The notes below the pieces were generated by a model, which saw only the letters and a list, made by a program, of their open reading frames with translations, did not search any database and was not told the origin of the DNA. Below are positions 17,321-26,437 of a stretch of DNA of 64,000 nucleotides, piece by piece. The position numbers were made by a program, and so were the translations under genes. The stretch is from a virus. Numbering within the stretch: the stretch's first letter is position 1; every line of letters begins with the position of its first letter. Location: IMG/VR virus record IMGVR_UViG_3300020183_000053, positions 1 through 64,000 of that record, one strand, 5' to 3'.

Positions 17321-18049
17321 CTATGCCGCCCGCGCAGCCGCCACCCGTGCAGCCAGCACCACCCGCACGCTGCTGGCGTGCCACGTGCCGCCGCTGCGAG
17401 GCGGGTGCCCAGCCTCGGCCAGCAGCGCGCCCACACGGCGCAGGCTGTGGCCCTCGCCGTGCAGCTGCTGCGCCAGCACGATGGCAGCCTGCTCGGCGGG
17501 CACCGGGTGCAGCTGGCCCTCGGCGTCGGCCTGCCACCCATAGGGTGCGCGCCCGCCAGTGTAGGCGCCCTCGGCCTTCATGTGCGCCATCGCGGCGCTG
17601 GTGCGCTCGCCGATAGTCTCGCGCTCCCACTGCGCCACCGACATCAGCACGTTCAGCACCAGCCGCCCGCCTGCGGTGCGGGTGTCCACCTGCTCCTGCA
17701 CGCTCAGCAGCGCCGGGCCGTCCTTGCGCCCGAACCAGCCGTCCAGCAGCTCGCCCAGGTCGCGCACGCTGCGGGTGAGGCGGTCCAGCTTCGCCACCAG
17801 CAGGGCGTCGGCGGCGCCGCTGTCAAGCATGGCCAGCGCCGCCTGCAGCCCGTCCCGCTGCAGCGTCTTGGCGCTGGCGCCCGCGTCTACCACCACCTCC
17901 ACCAGCTCCACGTCGTACAGCTCGGCGTAGAGCTGCACCTTGGCGCGCTGGGCCTCCAGGCTCACGCCGTGGTCGGCTTGCTTATCGGTGCTCACGCGCA
18001 GGTACGCGACAGCGCGGGTGCGGGTGGTGGTGCTGGTGCTGCGGGCCAT
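17321..18049 (-). CDS. Serine recombinase (resolvase catalytic domain plus short recombinase domain)
   Basis: AVAYLRVSTDKQ, SLEAQ, DAGASAK, R.GL, VAKLDRLTRS, AQWERETIGERT, PYGW; AGGAGG RBS. Confidence 0.9.
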   Translation of the reverse strand: MARSTSTTTRTRAVAYLRVSTDKQADHGVSLEAQRAKVQLYAELYDVELVEVVVDAGASAKTLQRDGLQAALAMLDSGAADALLVAKLDRLTRSVRDLGELLDGWFGRKDGPALLSVQEQVDTRTAGGRLVLNVLMSVAQWERETIGERTSAAMAHMKAEGAYTGGRAPYGWQADAEGQLHPVPAEQAAIVLAQQLHGEGHSLRRVGALLAEAGHPPRSGGTWHASSVRVVLAARVAAARAA

Positions 18050-18075
18050 GTGAACCTCCTGCTGACACCACCTGC

Positions 18076-18092
18076 TAACCGGGCAGCCGTTA
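18076..18092. promoter_or_regulatory. TAAC-N9-GTTA box
   Basis: gctgacaccac...taac cgggcagcc gtta cgcgcgcaag, upstream of the recombinase. Confidence 0.8.
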
Positions 18093-18155
18093 CGCGCGCA
18101 AGGCTGCGCCAGCTCTTTTTTTCTGGCGCCCCGTGATGGTGCTGCAGGCCGCTGT

Positions 18156-18425
18156 TCAGCGCCACGCGCTGGTGCGGTCGCACCAGCTGTGCGCCTCGGC
18201 CAGCTCGGCGTCGGTGGCCTGCCGTGTGGCCCACACGTGCGCCAGCACCTCGTCCACGCACCGCTGCTCGTCTGCCTGCAGCCGCTCCAGCAGGGCGGCG
18301 TGCGCCTCTGCGCCACGTGCCTGCTGAATGGGGTCAGGCTGCAGCAGCCCCCACACCAGCCCAGCACCCAGCACCGCCAGCGTGGCGCCCAGCACGGTGC
18401 CCAGCACAGCGTCAACCCGGCTCAC
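18156..18425 (-). CDS. Small membrane-anchored hypothetical protein
   Basis: N-terminal hydrophobic helix; GGAGG RBS. Confidence 0.55.
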   Translation of the reverse strand: MSRVDAVLGTVLGATLAVLGAGLVWGLLQPDPIQQARGAEAHAALLERLQADEQRCVDEVLAHVWATRQATDAELAEAHSWCDRTSAWR

Positions 18426-18595
18426 CGGGCACCTCCGGTGCGCTCGCGCGCCACCTCGCGCGCCACCTGCGACAGCCGCTCGCTGGCGGCCTCACGCTCG
18501 GCCAGCAGGCGGGCCGCGCACTGTGCCACGGGTCCGTTTCCACGCGCCAGCTGGCGCAGCTCACTGGTGCTCTGGTTGGACAGTTCGTTGTTCAC
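18422..18595 (-). CDS. Small hypothetical protein
   Basis: CAGGAGG RBS; VNNELSNQSTSELRQLA... Confidence 0.5.
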   Translation of the reverse strand: MNNELSNQSTSELRQLARGNGPVAQCAARLLAEREAASERLSQVAREVARERTGGAR

Positions 18596-18640
18596 TGTGA
18601 CCTCCTGGGCCTCGCGGCCTCGCTGCTGACACCACTGGTG

Positions 18641-18657
18641 TAACACTGGCGCGGTTA
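18641..18657. promoter_or_regulatory. TAAC-N9-GTTA box
   Basis: gctgacaccac...taac actggcgcg gtta gccgcgcaag. Confidence 0.8.
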
Positions 18658-18687
18658 GCCGCGCAAGGGGGACGCCTCAGATTTTTT

Positions 18688-20715
18688 CTACCCACCAGCA
18701 GAATGCGCTGCCAGCGCGGACCCGCGCCCTGCCCGCCCTGCTGGCGTGGCCTCCCAGCTGTCGGCGTACACGCAGCTCTCAGGGTCGTAGAACTGCACCA
18801 CGCGGGCGCCCTGCAGGCCGAACTCGCTGCGACACTTGTCCACGTGCACCGCTGTGGCTGGGTTCTGCACTGCGCGACCGGGCAGGATGCGCTCCACCAC
18901 GATGCCCACGTGCGCATCCTGCCGGATGGCGCTCGCACCCTTCAGGTCGCCCAGCATGACGCGCCGCTGCTGGGTGACTGACAGGTTGTTCGGGTGGCAG
19001 ATCAGCACCAGCGTGACCTCGCGCTGAACCGCGAACACAGCCATCTTCCGCACGGCGTCCTCAATGGCGCGGCGCTCGTCCTCGGCGCCTGTGACAAGGA
19101 ACCCCAGGTGGTCAATCACTGCCACCTTGACGCCGCGCCTGCGCACGGCGTAGCCCACCGCCTCCAGCACCTGCTGCGTGCCCAGCTCCCCATAGTGGTC
19201 CAGCACGTAGATCGGCAGCTGGCCCAGCTGCGCCATCGCCGTGCGGCGCTCGTGTTCGCTGGCGTGCGAAAAGTCACCACCCAGCTGCGCACGCAGCAGC
19301 TTCTGCACCGTGCCGATAGGGCGCTGCTCGAAGCTGGTCAGCATCACAGGCACACCACGCAGCGCCTGCTCGCGCGCCACCCAGGTGGTCCACGATGTCT
19401 TTCCTGCTGCCGTGTCGCCGGTCACCACCACCAGCCCAGGCCGCCAGCCACCCAGCGCCTCGTCCAGCTTGGCGCTGCCAGTGGGTAGCCCGCGCAGCTC
19501 GGCGGGCCGCTGCACCAGCTGCTCGATGGCGTCGGCGTAGCTGTCCACCCGCACCAGCTGCACGTCCATCATCGGGCTGGCGGCGTCCAGCGCAGCGTGC
19601 ACCGTGCGCTGCCCCACACAGGCGGCCAGACAGTCAGCGGCATCCTTGGCGGGCAGCTTGACCCGGCTGCACCGTTCCCTGCCCAGCTTCGCCGCCAGCG
19701 CCTGCGCACCCTGCTCGCCAGCATCGTCGGCGTCGTAAGCCAGCAGAAAGCTGCGGTATGGCTCCAGCACGTCCAGCCACTCGTCCAGCCACGTGCCTGC
19801 ACCTGCAGTGCCTGTGACCACGTTGCGCTGCAGCCCGTACTGCCACAGGGCCAGCACGTCCAGCTCGCCCTCGGTGATCACCACCTCGCTGTCGGGGTCG
19901 CCGTCAAGCTGGTGCACACCGAACAGCGTGCTGGGTGCACCTGGGCAGCGCAGGTAGACCTTTTTCACTTGCCCAGCCTTGCACCTGTCGCACCCGGTGC
20001 CACCGCACCGCAGGCACGCGCCGGGCACGCTGCGGAAACGCACGTTCATCGCGGTGCCCTTGGCGTCCAGCACCGGGAGCGCCACGTACTGCTCCAGTAT
20101 CCGCCCGTCCGCACCACGCAGCAGGTGCGCGCCCACCTGCCAGTGCCGCAGCGTGTCCTCGGTGAAGCCGCGCCCCTGCAGGTAGGCGAGCACCTGGGCA
20201 CCGTCAGCTGACCACAGTGCGGCGGCACACTCGGCGGGCAGGTCGGGCCGCCAGCCGAACGGGCCACCCTGCTGCGGTGTGACCGCTGGCGGCGCTGTGG
20301 CTGTCCGTGGCCGCTCCTGGCTGGTGGGTGCAGGTGTGGGCAGCCTGCGCACCGCAGGCGCGCCCCTGGCGGCACCTGTGGCTCCCTGGGTGGCACCAGT
20401 GCACCACCCGTGCTCTGCCGCCCTGTCCCGCAGCTGCGCACGCTGGTCCTGCGACAGCTCGCGGAACCGGCCACCGTACCACGCCAGCGCCAGCAGGTCG
20501 GGCACGTCCCCGCTGGCGTCGCAGCGGAAGCACCGCCAGCCCAGCCCGTCCGTGCGGGCGCCCAGCGGGCCGCGCCTGTCGTCACCGCCCCGCTGCTCTG
20601 CCTTGCACGCGGGGCAAGGCCCCAGCCCAGCCCCGCGCGTGGTGCGCAGCCCACACACCAGCGCAGCCTGCGCCACCGTTGCCGCGCCCTTCACCTCGTC
20701 AATCCAGCTGATCAC
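18688..20715 (-). CDS. Primase-helicase (T7 gp4/Twinkle-like: Zn finger, TOPRIM, SF4 helicase)
   Basis: CPAC...CFRC; ITEGELD and AYDADDAG (TOPRIM); GDTAAGKT Walker A, VIDHL, ICHP, LKGASAIRQDA. Confidence 0.9.
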   Translation of the reverse strand: MISWIDEVKGAATVAQAALVCGLRTTRGAGLGPCPACKAEQRGGDDRRGPLGARTDGLGWRCFRCDASGDVPDLLALAWYGGRFRELSQDQRAQLRDRAAEHGWCTGATQGATGAARGAPAVRRLPTPAPTSQERPRTATAPPAVTPQQGGPFGWRPDLPAECAAALWSADGAQVLAYLQGRGFTEDTLRHWQVGAHLLRGADGRILEQYVALPVLDAKGTAMNVRFRSVPGACLRCGGTGCDRCKAGQVKKVYLRCPGAPSTLFGVHQLDGDPDSEVVITEGELDVLALWQYGLQRNVVTGTAGAGTWLDEWLDVLEPYRSFLLAYDADDAGEQGAQALAAKLGRERCSRVKLPAKDAADCLAACVGQRTVHAALDAASPMMDVQLVRVDSYADAIEQLVQRPAELRGLPTGSAKLDEALGGWRPGLVVVTGDTAAGKTSWTTWVAREQALRGVPVMLTSFEQRPIGTVQKLLRAQLGGDFSHASEHERRTAMAQLGQLPIYVLDHYGELGTQQVLEAVGYAVRRRGVKVAVIDHLGFLVTGAEDERRAIEDAVRKMAVFAVQREVTLVLICHPNNLSVTQQRRVMLGDLKGASAIRQDAHVGIVVERILPGRAVQNPATAVHVDKCRSEFGLQGARVVQFYDPESCVYADSWEATPAGRAGRGSALAAHSAGG

Positions 20716-21799
20716 TGTCCCCTCCCAGCAGATGCTGCACGTGCTGCGGGTTCAGCAGCGCGTACAGGTTGTCGCCGTCGTCACTGCGTTCCACCACCAC
20801 GATGTCAGCACCCCAGCCACGCAGCTCGCTGATACGGCTGGAATACTTCAGGGCAAGCTCGGCCAGCTCGTGCGTGCGCACGCCCTGGTCACCACGGCGC
20901 ACGAACAGCTGCAGCATCGCCTCGCACTGTGCCGCCAGCCGCGCAGGGCGCGGGTCCACGGTGGTCTGCGTGCCAGCTGGGCCACGTCGCCGGTAGGCAG
21001 CCAGCGGCCCCAGGTCGGTGCCGTCACCACCACCCGCTGGCTGCTGCGTGGCCAGCCACTGCTCCACCAGCTGCAGCCTGTCGGCCAGCTTGCCCAGCCG
21101 CAGCAGGTTGTCGAGGCCCAGGTACGTGCGGCGATGGTCGTTCTGGCCACGCCAGAACCGGGCGGCAGGTTCGTCGGCGTCATAGGCGAACGCCACCAGC
21201 TGCACCAGCTGGTCGGCGGTGGCCTGCTGCAGCGCGCCCCGCACCAGCCGCTGCACCGGCTCGGCCAGCACACACGCACCAGGGCGCGCCTGCCTGTCGC
21301 GCCACGCAGCCCACACGCGCTCCACGTCCTGGGCGGCGCTGGGTGCAGCCGGGCGCACCAGACCCCAGCTGCGCGGGCTGGCGCGCCTGCCCTCGGCAGC
21401 GGTGGCGGGCCGCCCCAGCTGCCGCCCCAGCACAGCCAGCACCAGCTCGCGCGGTGGTGCTGGGCGGTCGCTGCACCGTGGCAGCGCCAGCGCGCCGCTG
21501 CTGGGCTGGTCCTCGTGCTGCCGCACCAGCCACGCCCAGGTCTGCGTGCCCAGCAGCAGGTCAGCGTGCTGCCACAGGCCCAGCAGCCCACGCTGCTCCA
21601 GCGCCCGCACCTGCTGCACGGCGTGCAGCCGGTCGGCACCGTCCCGCAGCTGCGGCACCAGCTGCGCGCTAACCACCTGCACGATGCCGTCCCTGTCGGC
21701 CTGCGCCTGCAGGTACAGCAGCAGCAGCCGCTGCTCGGCGTCAAGCGCCTGCACACGGGCATCAGCCCACCACGCGGCGCGCAGCACAGTGTCACGCAT
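20699..21799 (-). CDS. Putative replication initiator with C-terminal winged HTH
   Basis: N-terminal LLLLYL...ADRDG replisome-organiser-like segment; C-terminal THELAELALKYSSRISELR wHTH; directly upstream of the primase-helicase. Confidence 0.5.
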   Translation of the reverse strand: MRDTVLRAAWWADARVQALDAEQRLLLLYLQAQADRDGIVQVVSAQLVPQLRDGADRLHAVQQVRALEQRGLLGLWQHADLLLGTQTWAWLVRQHEDQPSSGALALPRCSDRPAPPRELVLAVLGRQLGRPATAAEGRRASPRSWGLVRPAAPSAAQDVERVWAAWRDRQARPGACVLAEPVQRLVRGALQQATADQLVQLVAFAYDADEPAARFWRGQNDHRRTYLGLDNLLRLGKLADRLQLVEQWLATQQPAGGGDGTDLGPLAAYRRRGPAGTQTTVDPRPARLAAQCEAMLQLFVRRGDQGVRTHELAELALKYSSRISELRGWGADIVVVERSDDGDNLYALLNPQHVQHLLGGDSDQLD

Positions 21800-21862
21800 C
21801 GGAACCCTCCCACGACAACGCCCGCCCGGTGGTGTGCCGGGCGGGCGTGTCGGTTGCGCAGC

Positions 21863-22423
21863 TTAGAACGGGATGTCGTCATCCTGGGCGGGTGCGCCAC
21901 CACGCACACCACCACCGCCACCACCACCACCGCCCGCAGCGCGCTTCTGGCGGCCATCGCGGCACCACTGCTCGGCCTCGGTGATGGTGTCCTCCATCGC
22001 CTCGGTGATCTCGCCACCGTACAGCGCGAACTCCTGCACCTTCACGCGGGTCTTGCCGTTGTACGTGTCGTCCACCAGCGTCACCCACACAGGGCGGCGG
22101 GTCAGCACGGTCCACGTGGCCTCGGGGTCCATCGCATCCCAGGGTGCGGTCTGGCCCAGCGCCTTGGCCAGCTGCTGCACGCGCCACACAGCCCGCTGCG
22201 ACAGCGTGAGCGTGTCGTAGAACAGCCCGCGCACGTCGGCACCGTTTCCCTGCGGGTCGTCCACCACACACCACCGGGCGTCGATTTTGTCATTCCCGGC
22301 GTTGCTTCGCCCGTACTCCATGTCGGCGCACCACACCAGCTTCCTGCCCGGCTGCACCTCGGGCCGCCGCTTGCCACCACCACCGCCCTGCTGCGGGGCG
22401 TTCGGGTCTACCATGAATGCCAT
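21863..22423 (-). CDS. Single-stranded DNA-binding protein (DUF669-like)
   Basis: OB-like core, Gly-rich linker and acidic DDDIPF tail; follows the AAA_24 ATPase. Confidence 0.75.
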   Translation of the reverse strand: MAFMVDPNAPQQGGGGGKRRPEVQPGRKLVWCADMEYGRSNAGNDKIDARWCVVDDPQGNGADVRGLFYDTLTLSQRAVWRVQQLAKALGQTAPWDAMDPEATWTVLTRRPVWVTLVDDTYNGKTRVKVQEFALYGGEITEAMEDTITEAEQWCRDGRQKRAAGGGGGGGGGVRGGAPAQDDDIPF

Positions 22424-22451
22424 CGTACTGTCCTCCTTGATTGTTGTGGGG

Positions 22452-23279
22452 TCACTGCGCCGTGCGGCGGCGGCGTGCGGGCTGGGTGGGGTCAGGTGCC
22501 TCGGTGCGCGCAGGTGCAGGTGCTGCTGCCTGTGCCGCAGCTGCCACCGGGCGCTCGCCGTGCAGCTTGGCGAGCCATGCACAGATGTCGGGCGGCTCCA
22601 CCGGGTCAAGGCCGGGCAGCGCCTTCGTCAGCAGGGTGGGCGGCCCCTGCAGCAGCACCCGGTGCTGCACGGTCACGGTGCCGTCCTCACCCTTGGCGCG
22701 CTCGCGGTACACGTACCCGACGAGCGAAAAGTAGCCCGCGATCTCATTGGGCAGCTTCTTGCCGTCAAAAGACGGCTGCGTGTACCGCTGGCCGGTGCCT
22801 TCGTCGTTGTCGCTGGCCGACAGGGCGATGCAGACCACGTGAAACGGCAGGTCACGCACGGTGCGCACCAGCTTGCGCATCCGGTCAGTCAGTGTGCCCC
22901 AGTCCTGCAGGCTGAACGCCTCGCCGCCCGGTTGCCCCTTGCGGCTGGCGATGATCTCGTCCCGCAGCATACGCTGCAGCTCGGTGAGGCTGTCCAGCAC
23001 GATGGTCTCGCAGCCGGTTTCCCGCGCCAGCGAACCGTCCAGCGCCGCTTTGAAGAACGCGCGCACCACGTCCATATCGTGCGCCTGCACCACCACCGCG
23101 TCGGGGTTCGCCGCCTTGATGGTGGGCAGCCCGTTCGCCTCGGTCAGCAGGTAGCACGGGCGGGGTGCAGTGCTGGCTGCGTGTGTTTTGCCTGCGCCAC
23201 TGTCCCCGTACAGCAGCGCCTTCACCTTCACGTCCTGGGCGGCCATCTCACCCACACGGCTCCAGCTCAAAACGGACAC
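22452..23279 (-). CDS. AAA_24 / Sak4-like ATPase
   Basis: LLYGDSGAGKT, TIVLDSLTE, QDWG; nuclease-ATPase-SSB gene order. Confidence 0.8.
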   Translation of the reverse strand: MSVLSWSRVGEMAAQDVKVKALLYGDSGAGKTHAASTAPRPCYLLTEANGLPTIKAANPDAVVVQAHDMDVVRAFFKAALDGSLARETGCETIVLDSLTELQRMLRDEIIASRKGQPGGEAFSLQDWGTLTDRMRKLVRTVRDLPFHVVCIALSASDNDEGTGQRYTQPSFDGKKLPNEIAGYFSLVGYVYRERAKGEDGTVTVQHRVLLQGPPTLLTKALPGLDPVEPPDICAWLAKLHGERPVAAAAQAAAPAPARTEAPDPTQPARRRRTAQ

Positions 23280-24691
23280 TCGACACCCCCTGCCGCTGCT
23301 GCGGCCTTCACGTTGTTCTGCTTCACGGCGTCAGCGGTCAGCCAGCGCACAGGGTGCCGCTGCTGGAACGCCGCACGCCCCACTGCGCTGTCCTCCTGGC
23401 AGATGCCAGTGAACGGACAGCTGCCACCGGGCTGGCGGCACAGCGGCACCCGGTGCCACTGTGCAGCCACCTGCTCGTCGTTGGTCACCGTGCCACCCTC
23501 TGCAGTGGCAGTGCCCACCACCGCCCGGCGCCACGTGGCCAGCCGGGTGGCCTCCGCGAACAGCTCCACCTCGTACCTGCGCAGCTGCTCGGGCGTGTAG
23601 CGCCCGAACTCGCGGTGGTACAGGCTGCCGTCCACGCTCTCGCGCAGGTGCTGCAGCAGGTCGCGCAGCCCCTGCAGCTCGTCGGGCTTGTACCGGCTCG
23701 CGTCCTCGTCCTGCAGCACCTGCTCCAGCTCCCAGCTGGGCACGCGCTGACGCTTGTCGGTGCTCAGCTTGCCGCTGGCCAGCCGCTTCGGTTCACGCTG
23801 GTGGCCACTGCCAGCCACGTCCCAGACGTAGCCCTCCACCTGCCGCCCCTCGCCCCACTTCCCGGTGCCCACGAGATACCACAGCGCCCGCAGGTAGCCG
23901 GGCAGCTGGGTGTCCAGGCCCAGGTTCTCGCCATAGGTGCTCGGGCTGGCGCTGGTCTTGGTTTCCCACAGCCACAGGTTCCCGCTGCGCCGGTTTGCCA
24001 CCACCGCGTCCAGCTGCGCCAGCTGGAACCACGGCAGCACCACCTCCTGCACCTGCGCAGGGCTGTCGCCCGCGCTGGCCAGCCGCCAGCCGTCGCCCGT
24101 GGTCACCACAGGCACCCGGCTGCGGTACGTTTCCCCGGTGGTGGGGCTGGTGATGGGCGCTGCCACCGCCAGCTCGGTGGCCAGCACCTGCCAGTCGTCG
24201 CGCATCCCGCTGCCGTACACGTGCAGCCAGCCCAGCACGGCGCGGCGCAGGCGGTCCACCTCGGCCTCCACGCCACCGTCCTCGGCCTCGTAGACCTCGG
24301 GCTGCTTCCGCAGCCCTGCGGCCACGTACTCCACCGCGCCCAGGCCGGTGCCATCGCACAGCGGGCAGGTGGGGTCAGCACCGTGGCAGTGCAGGCAGCG
24401 GTCCAGGCCCTCGGACGGGTACAGCTCGCCGTCGTGGTGCTGCAGCCAGCCCAGCACCCGCTCCAGGATGCGGTGGTAGGCAGTGCCGAACCGCATCGCA
24501 CCCGTGGCCTCACCACTTAGGCCGGTGCCGTACTCGTACCACCAGCGGCGCGGACACCACGCAGCACGCCGCTCGCTGTTCGTCATCACCATCGCGCCGG
24601 GCGGCAGCCCCAGCACGCCGCTCTCGTATCGCGGGGCGATTGTCGCTGCAGCGCGGAACCGCTGCCTCTGTCTCTGGACACGCTGGGCCAC
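23267..24691 (-). CDS. PD-(D/E)XK (Cas4/RecB-like) exonuclease
   Basis: TNSE...WCPRRWWYEY, GTAYH..LE, QLDAVV, WETKTS, QL..Y, C-terminal C...CPFTGIC. Confidence 0.8.
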   Translation of the reverse strand: MAQRVQRQRQRFRAAATIAPRYESGVLGLPPGAMVMTNSERRAAWCPRRWWYEYGTGLSGEATGAMRFGTAYHRILERVLGWLQHHDGELYPSEGLDRCLHCHGADPTCPLCDGTGLGAVEYVAAGLRKQPEVYEAEDGGVEAEVDRLRRAVLGWLHVYGSGMRDDWQVLATELAVAAPITSPTTGETYRSRVPVVTTGDGWRLASAGDSPAQVQEVVLPWFQLAQLDAVVANRRSGNLWLWETKTSASPSTYGENLGLDTQLPGYLRALWYLVGTGKWGEGRQVEGYVWDVAGSGHQREPKRLASGKLSTDKRQRVPSWELEQVLQDEDASRYKPDELQGLRDLLQHLRESVDGSLYHREFGRYTPEQLRRYEVELFAEATRLATWRRAVVGTATAEGGTVTNDEQVAAQWHRVPLCRQPGGSCPFTGICQEDSAVGRAAFQQRHPVRWLTADAVKQNNVKAAAAAGGVECPF

Positions 24692-24719
24692 TGTGCACCT
24701 CCTGTGTGGGTGGCTGCTG

Positions 24720-24750
24720 TGTAGTAGGCAGCCACCCACTAACCCGCACA
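24720..24750 (-). promoter_or_regulatory. 31-bp repeated upstream element (copy 2)
   Basis: 29/31 match to 3372-3402; upstream of the recombination/replication operon. Confidence 0.65.
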
Positions 24751-24761
24751 CGGGTGGGGTG

Positions 24762-26255
24762 CTATTCCTGTGGCCGAACCCACAGCACCCTGCGCAGCGC
24801 GTCCACAGCGTGCGCACGCGCCACTGGCGGCGGCACCTGCAGGCCCAGCGCCTCGCGGTACGCCTGCTCGCGGGCGCGCCACTGGCCACGGAACGGCGTA
24901 CCGTCCACGATGTCCACCACCACCGGCTGCACCTTTTCGTCGGCCACGCGCATCACGCGCCCGATGCGCTGCACGGCGCGCCCTGCTGCCCGCCCTGTGC
25001 TGGCCACCACCAGACAGTCGAGCGCAGGCACGTCCAGCCCCTCGTCGGCCAGCTGCGTGGCCACCAGCACCTGCAGCTGGCGCGCCCGCAGCTGGCGCAG
25101 CTGGGCCACGCGCTGCACCTTGCCCGTGGCGCTGGTGGCGTCCGCAGCCAGCACACCACGCGCACGCAGGTGCTGGGCGAGCACCTGCGCCTGCTCCACG
25201 CGCGGCACCAGCAGCAGGGTGGTGCGGCCAGCCTGCGCTGCCACCGTGGCCAGCTGCAGCAGCAGCTGGTGCCGCTCGGGGTCGTCCACCAGCTGCTGCA
25301 CGGCGCGGGAGATCACCAGCTGCCCGCTCGCGCTCGTGCACCGCTGCAGGTCCACCTGGGTGGCGCTGAACACTGGCAGGATGGCGGGCTGCATCAAGTA
25401 GCCGCCCGCCAGCAGCTGCTGGGTGGTGATCTCGTAGAGCTGCTCACCCAGCGCCAGCTCCAGCATCCCCGTCAGCCCGTCGCCGCGCTCTGGCGTGGCG
25501 GTCACGCCCCACCGATGCCGCGCAGGCACGCGGTCCAGCAGCTCGCGGAACGTGCTGGCTGGTGCGTGGTGGCATTCGTCCAGCACCACAGCGCCCGCGC
25601 TGGCCAGCAGCGGGTCAGCCGCTGCACCAGCCCGGCTTAGGGTCTGAACCATCGCCACGCACAGCTCGGGGCCAGTGGCGTACACACCCAGCGGCCCCAG
25701 GCGCGCCTGCCCACCCACCACCGCACGCACCCGGTATCCCCAGCCCCGCAGCAGCCGCACCCACTGCTCCAGCAGGTCGTGGGTGTGCACCAGCACCAGC
25801 CCAGGCTCACCGCTGGCAGCCAGCGCGCTGCACGCGATCACTGTCTTGCCAGCCCCGCAGGGCGCCACCACGTGCCCCTGCACGCCGAACAGCATCGCCT
25901 CCACGGCATCTCGCTGGTAGGCACGCAGCTGCACAGGCAGGTCGGCCAGCGGCACCCGCTGCACAGCGCGGGACACCACCGCACTGCCCCAGGTCAGCTC
26001 GGCACCGTGCAGCGCAGCCTGCTGCCGCACCCGCTTCACCGCACCACGTGGCACGTGCAGCCAGTCGCCACGCTGCTCCCAGAGCGCCAGGGTGGCGGGT
26101 AGGTGCCCACCGGACAGCCCAGCCCGCACCAGCTGCTCACGCTCAGGGTTCGGCACGGTCAGCAGCTGCTGCACCGCTTGGACGAACCGCAGCGGCACCC
26201 GCTGCAGGTGCAGCGCCAGCGTGGCGGCGACGTGTGCGTTCGGTGTGGTGGTCAT
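24762..26255 (-). CDS. Superfamily 2 DEXH helicase
   Basis: LRAYQ, APCGAGKT, LDECHH, GVTATPER.DG, DEGLDVP, QRIGRVMR. Confidence 0.9.
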   Translation of the reverse strand: MTTTPNAHVAATLALHLQRVPLRFVQAVQQLLTVPNPEREQLVRAGLSGGHLPATLALWEQRGDWLHVPRGAVKRVRQQAALHGAELTWGSAVVSRAVQRVPLADLPVQLRAYQRDAVEAMLFGVQGHVVAPCGAGKTVIACSALAASGEPGLVLVHTHDLLEQWVRLLRGWGYRVRAVVGGQARLGPLGVYATGPELCVAMVQTLSRAGAAADPLLASAGAVVLDECHHAPASTFRELLDRVPARHRWGVTATPERGDGLTGMLELALGEQLYEITTQQLLAGGYLMQPAILPVFSATQVDLQRCTSASGQLVISRAVQQLVDDPERHQLLLQLATVAAQAGRTTLLLVPRVEQAQVLAQHLRARGVLAADATSATGKVQRVAQLRQLRARQLQVLVATQLADEGLDVPALDCLVVASTGRAAGRAVQRIGRVMRVADEKVQPVVVDIVDGTPFRGQWRAREQAYREALGLQVPPPVARAHAVDALRRVLWVRPQE

Positions 26256-26437
26256 ATTGAAGAAAGGGGAACCGGCTGCAGGCCAGGAGCACAGTGTCAG
26301 CAGCGCAGGAGGAACGCGCAGCCGGTCCCCGCCCAGTCTTAGGCCCACCGGGTGCTTTCCGCACACCGCCGGGCTATACCGGGGTGCCGCAGGCGCCACC
26401 ACGCGCCTGCAGCTGCCACCACGGACCCATCACGATC

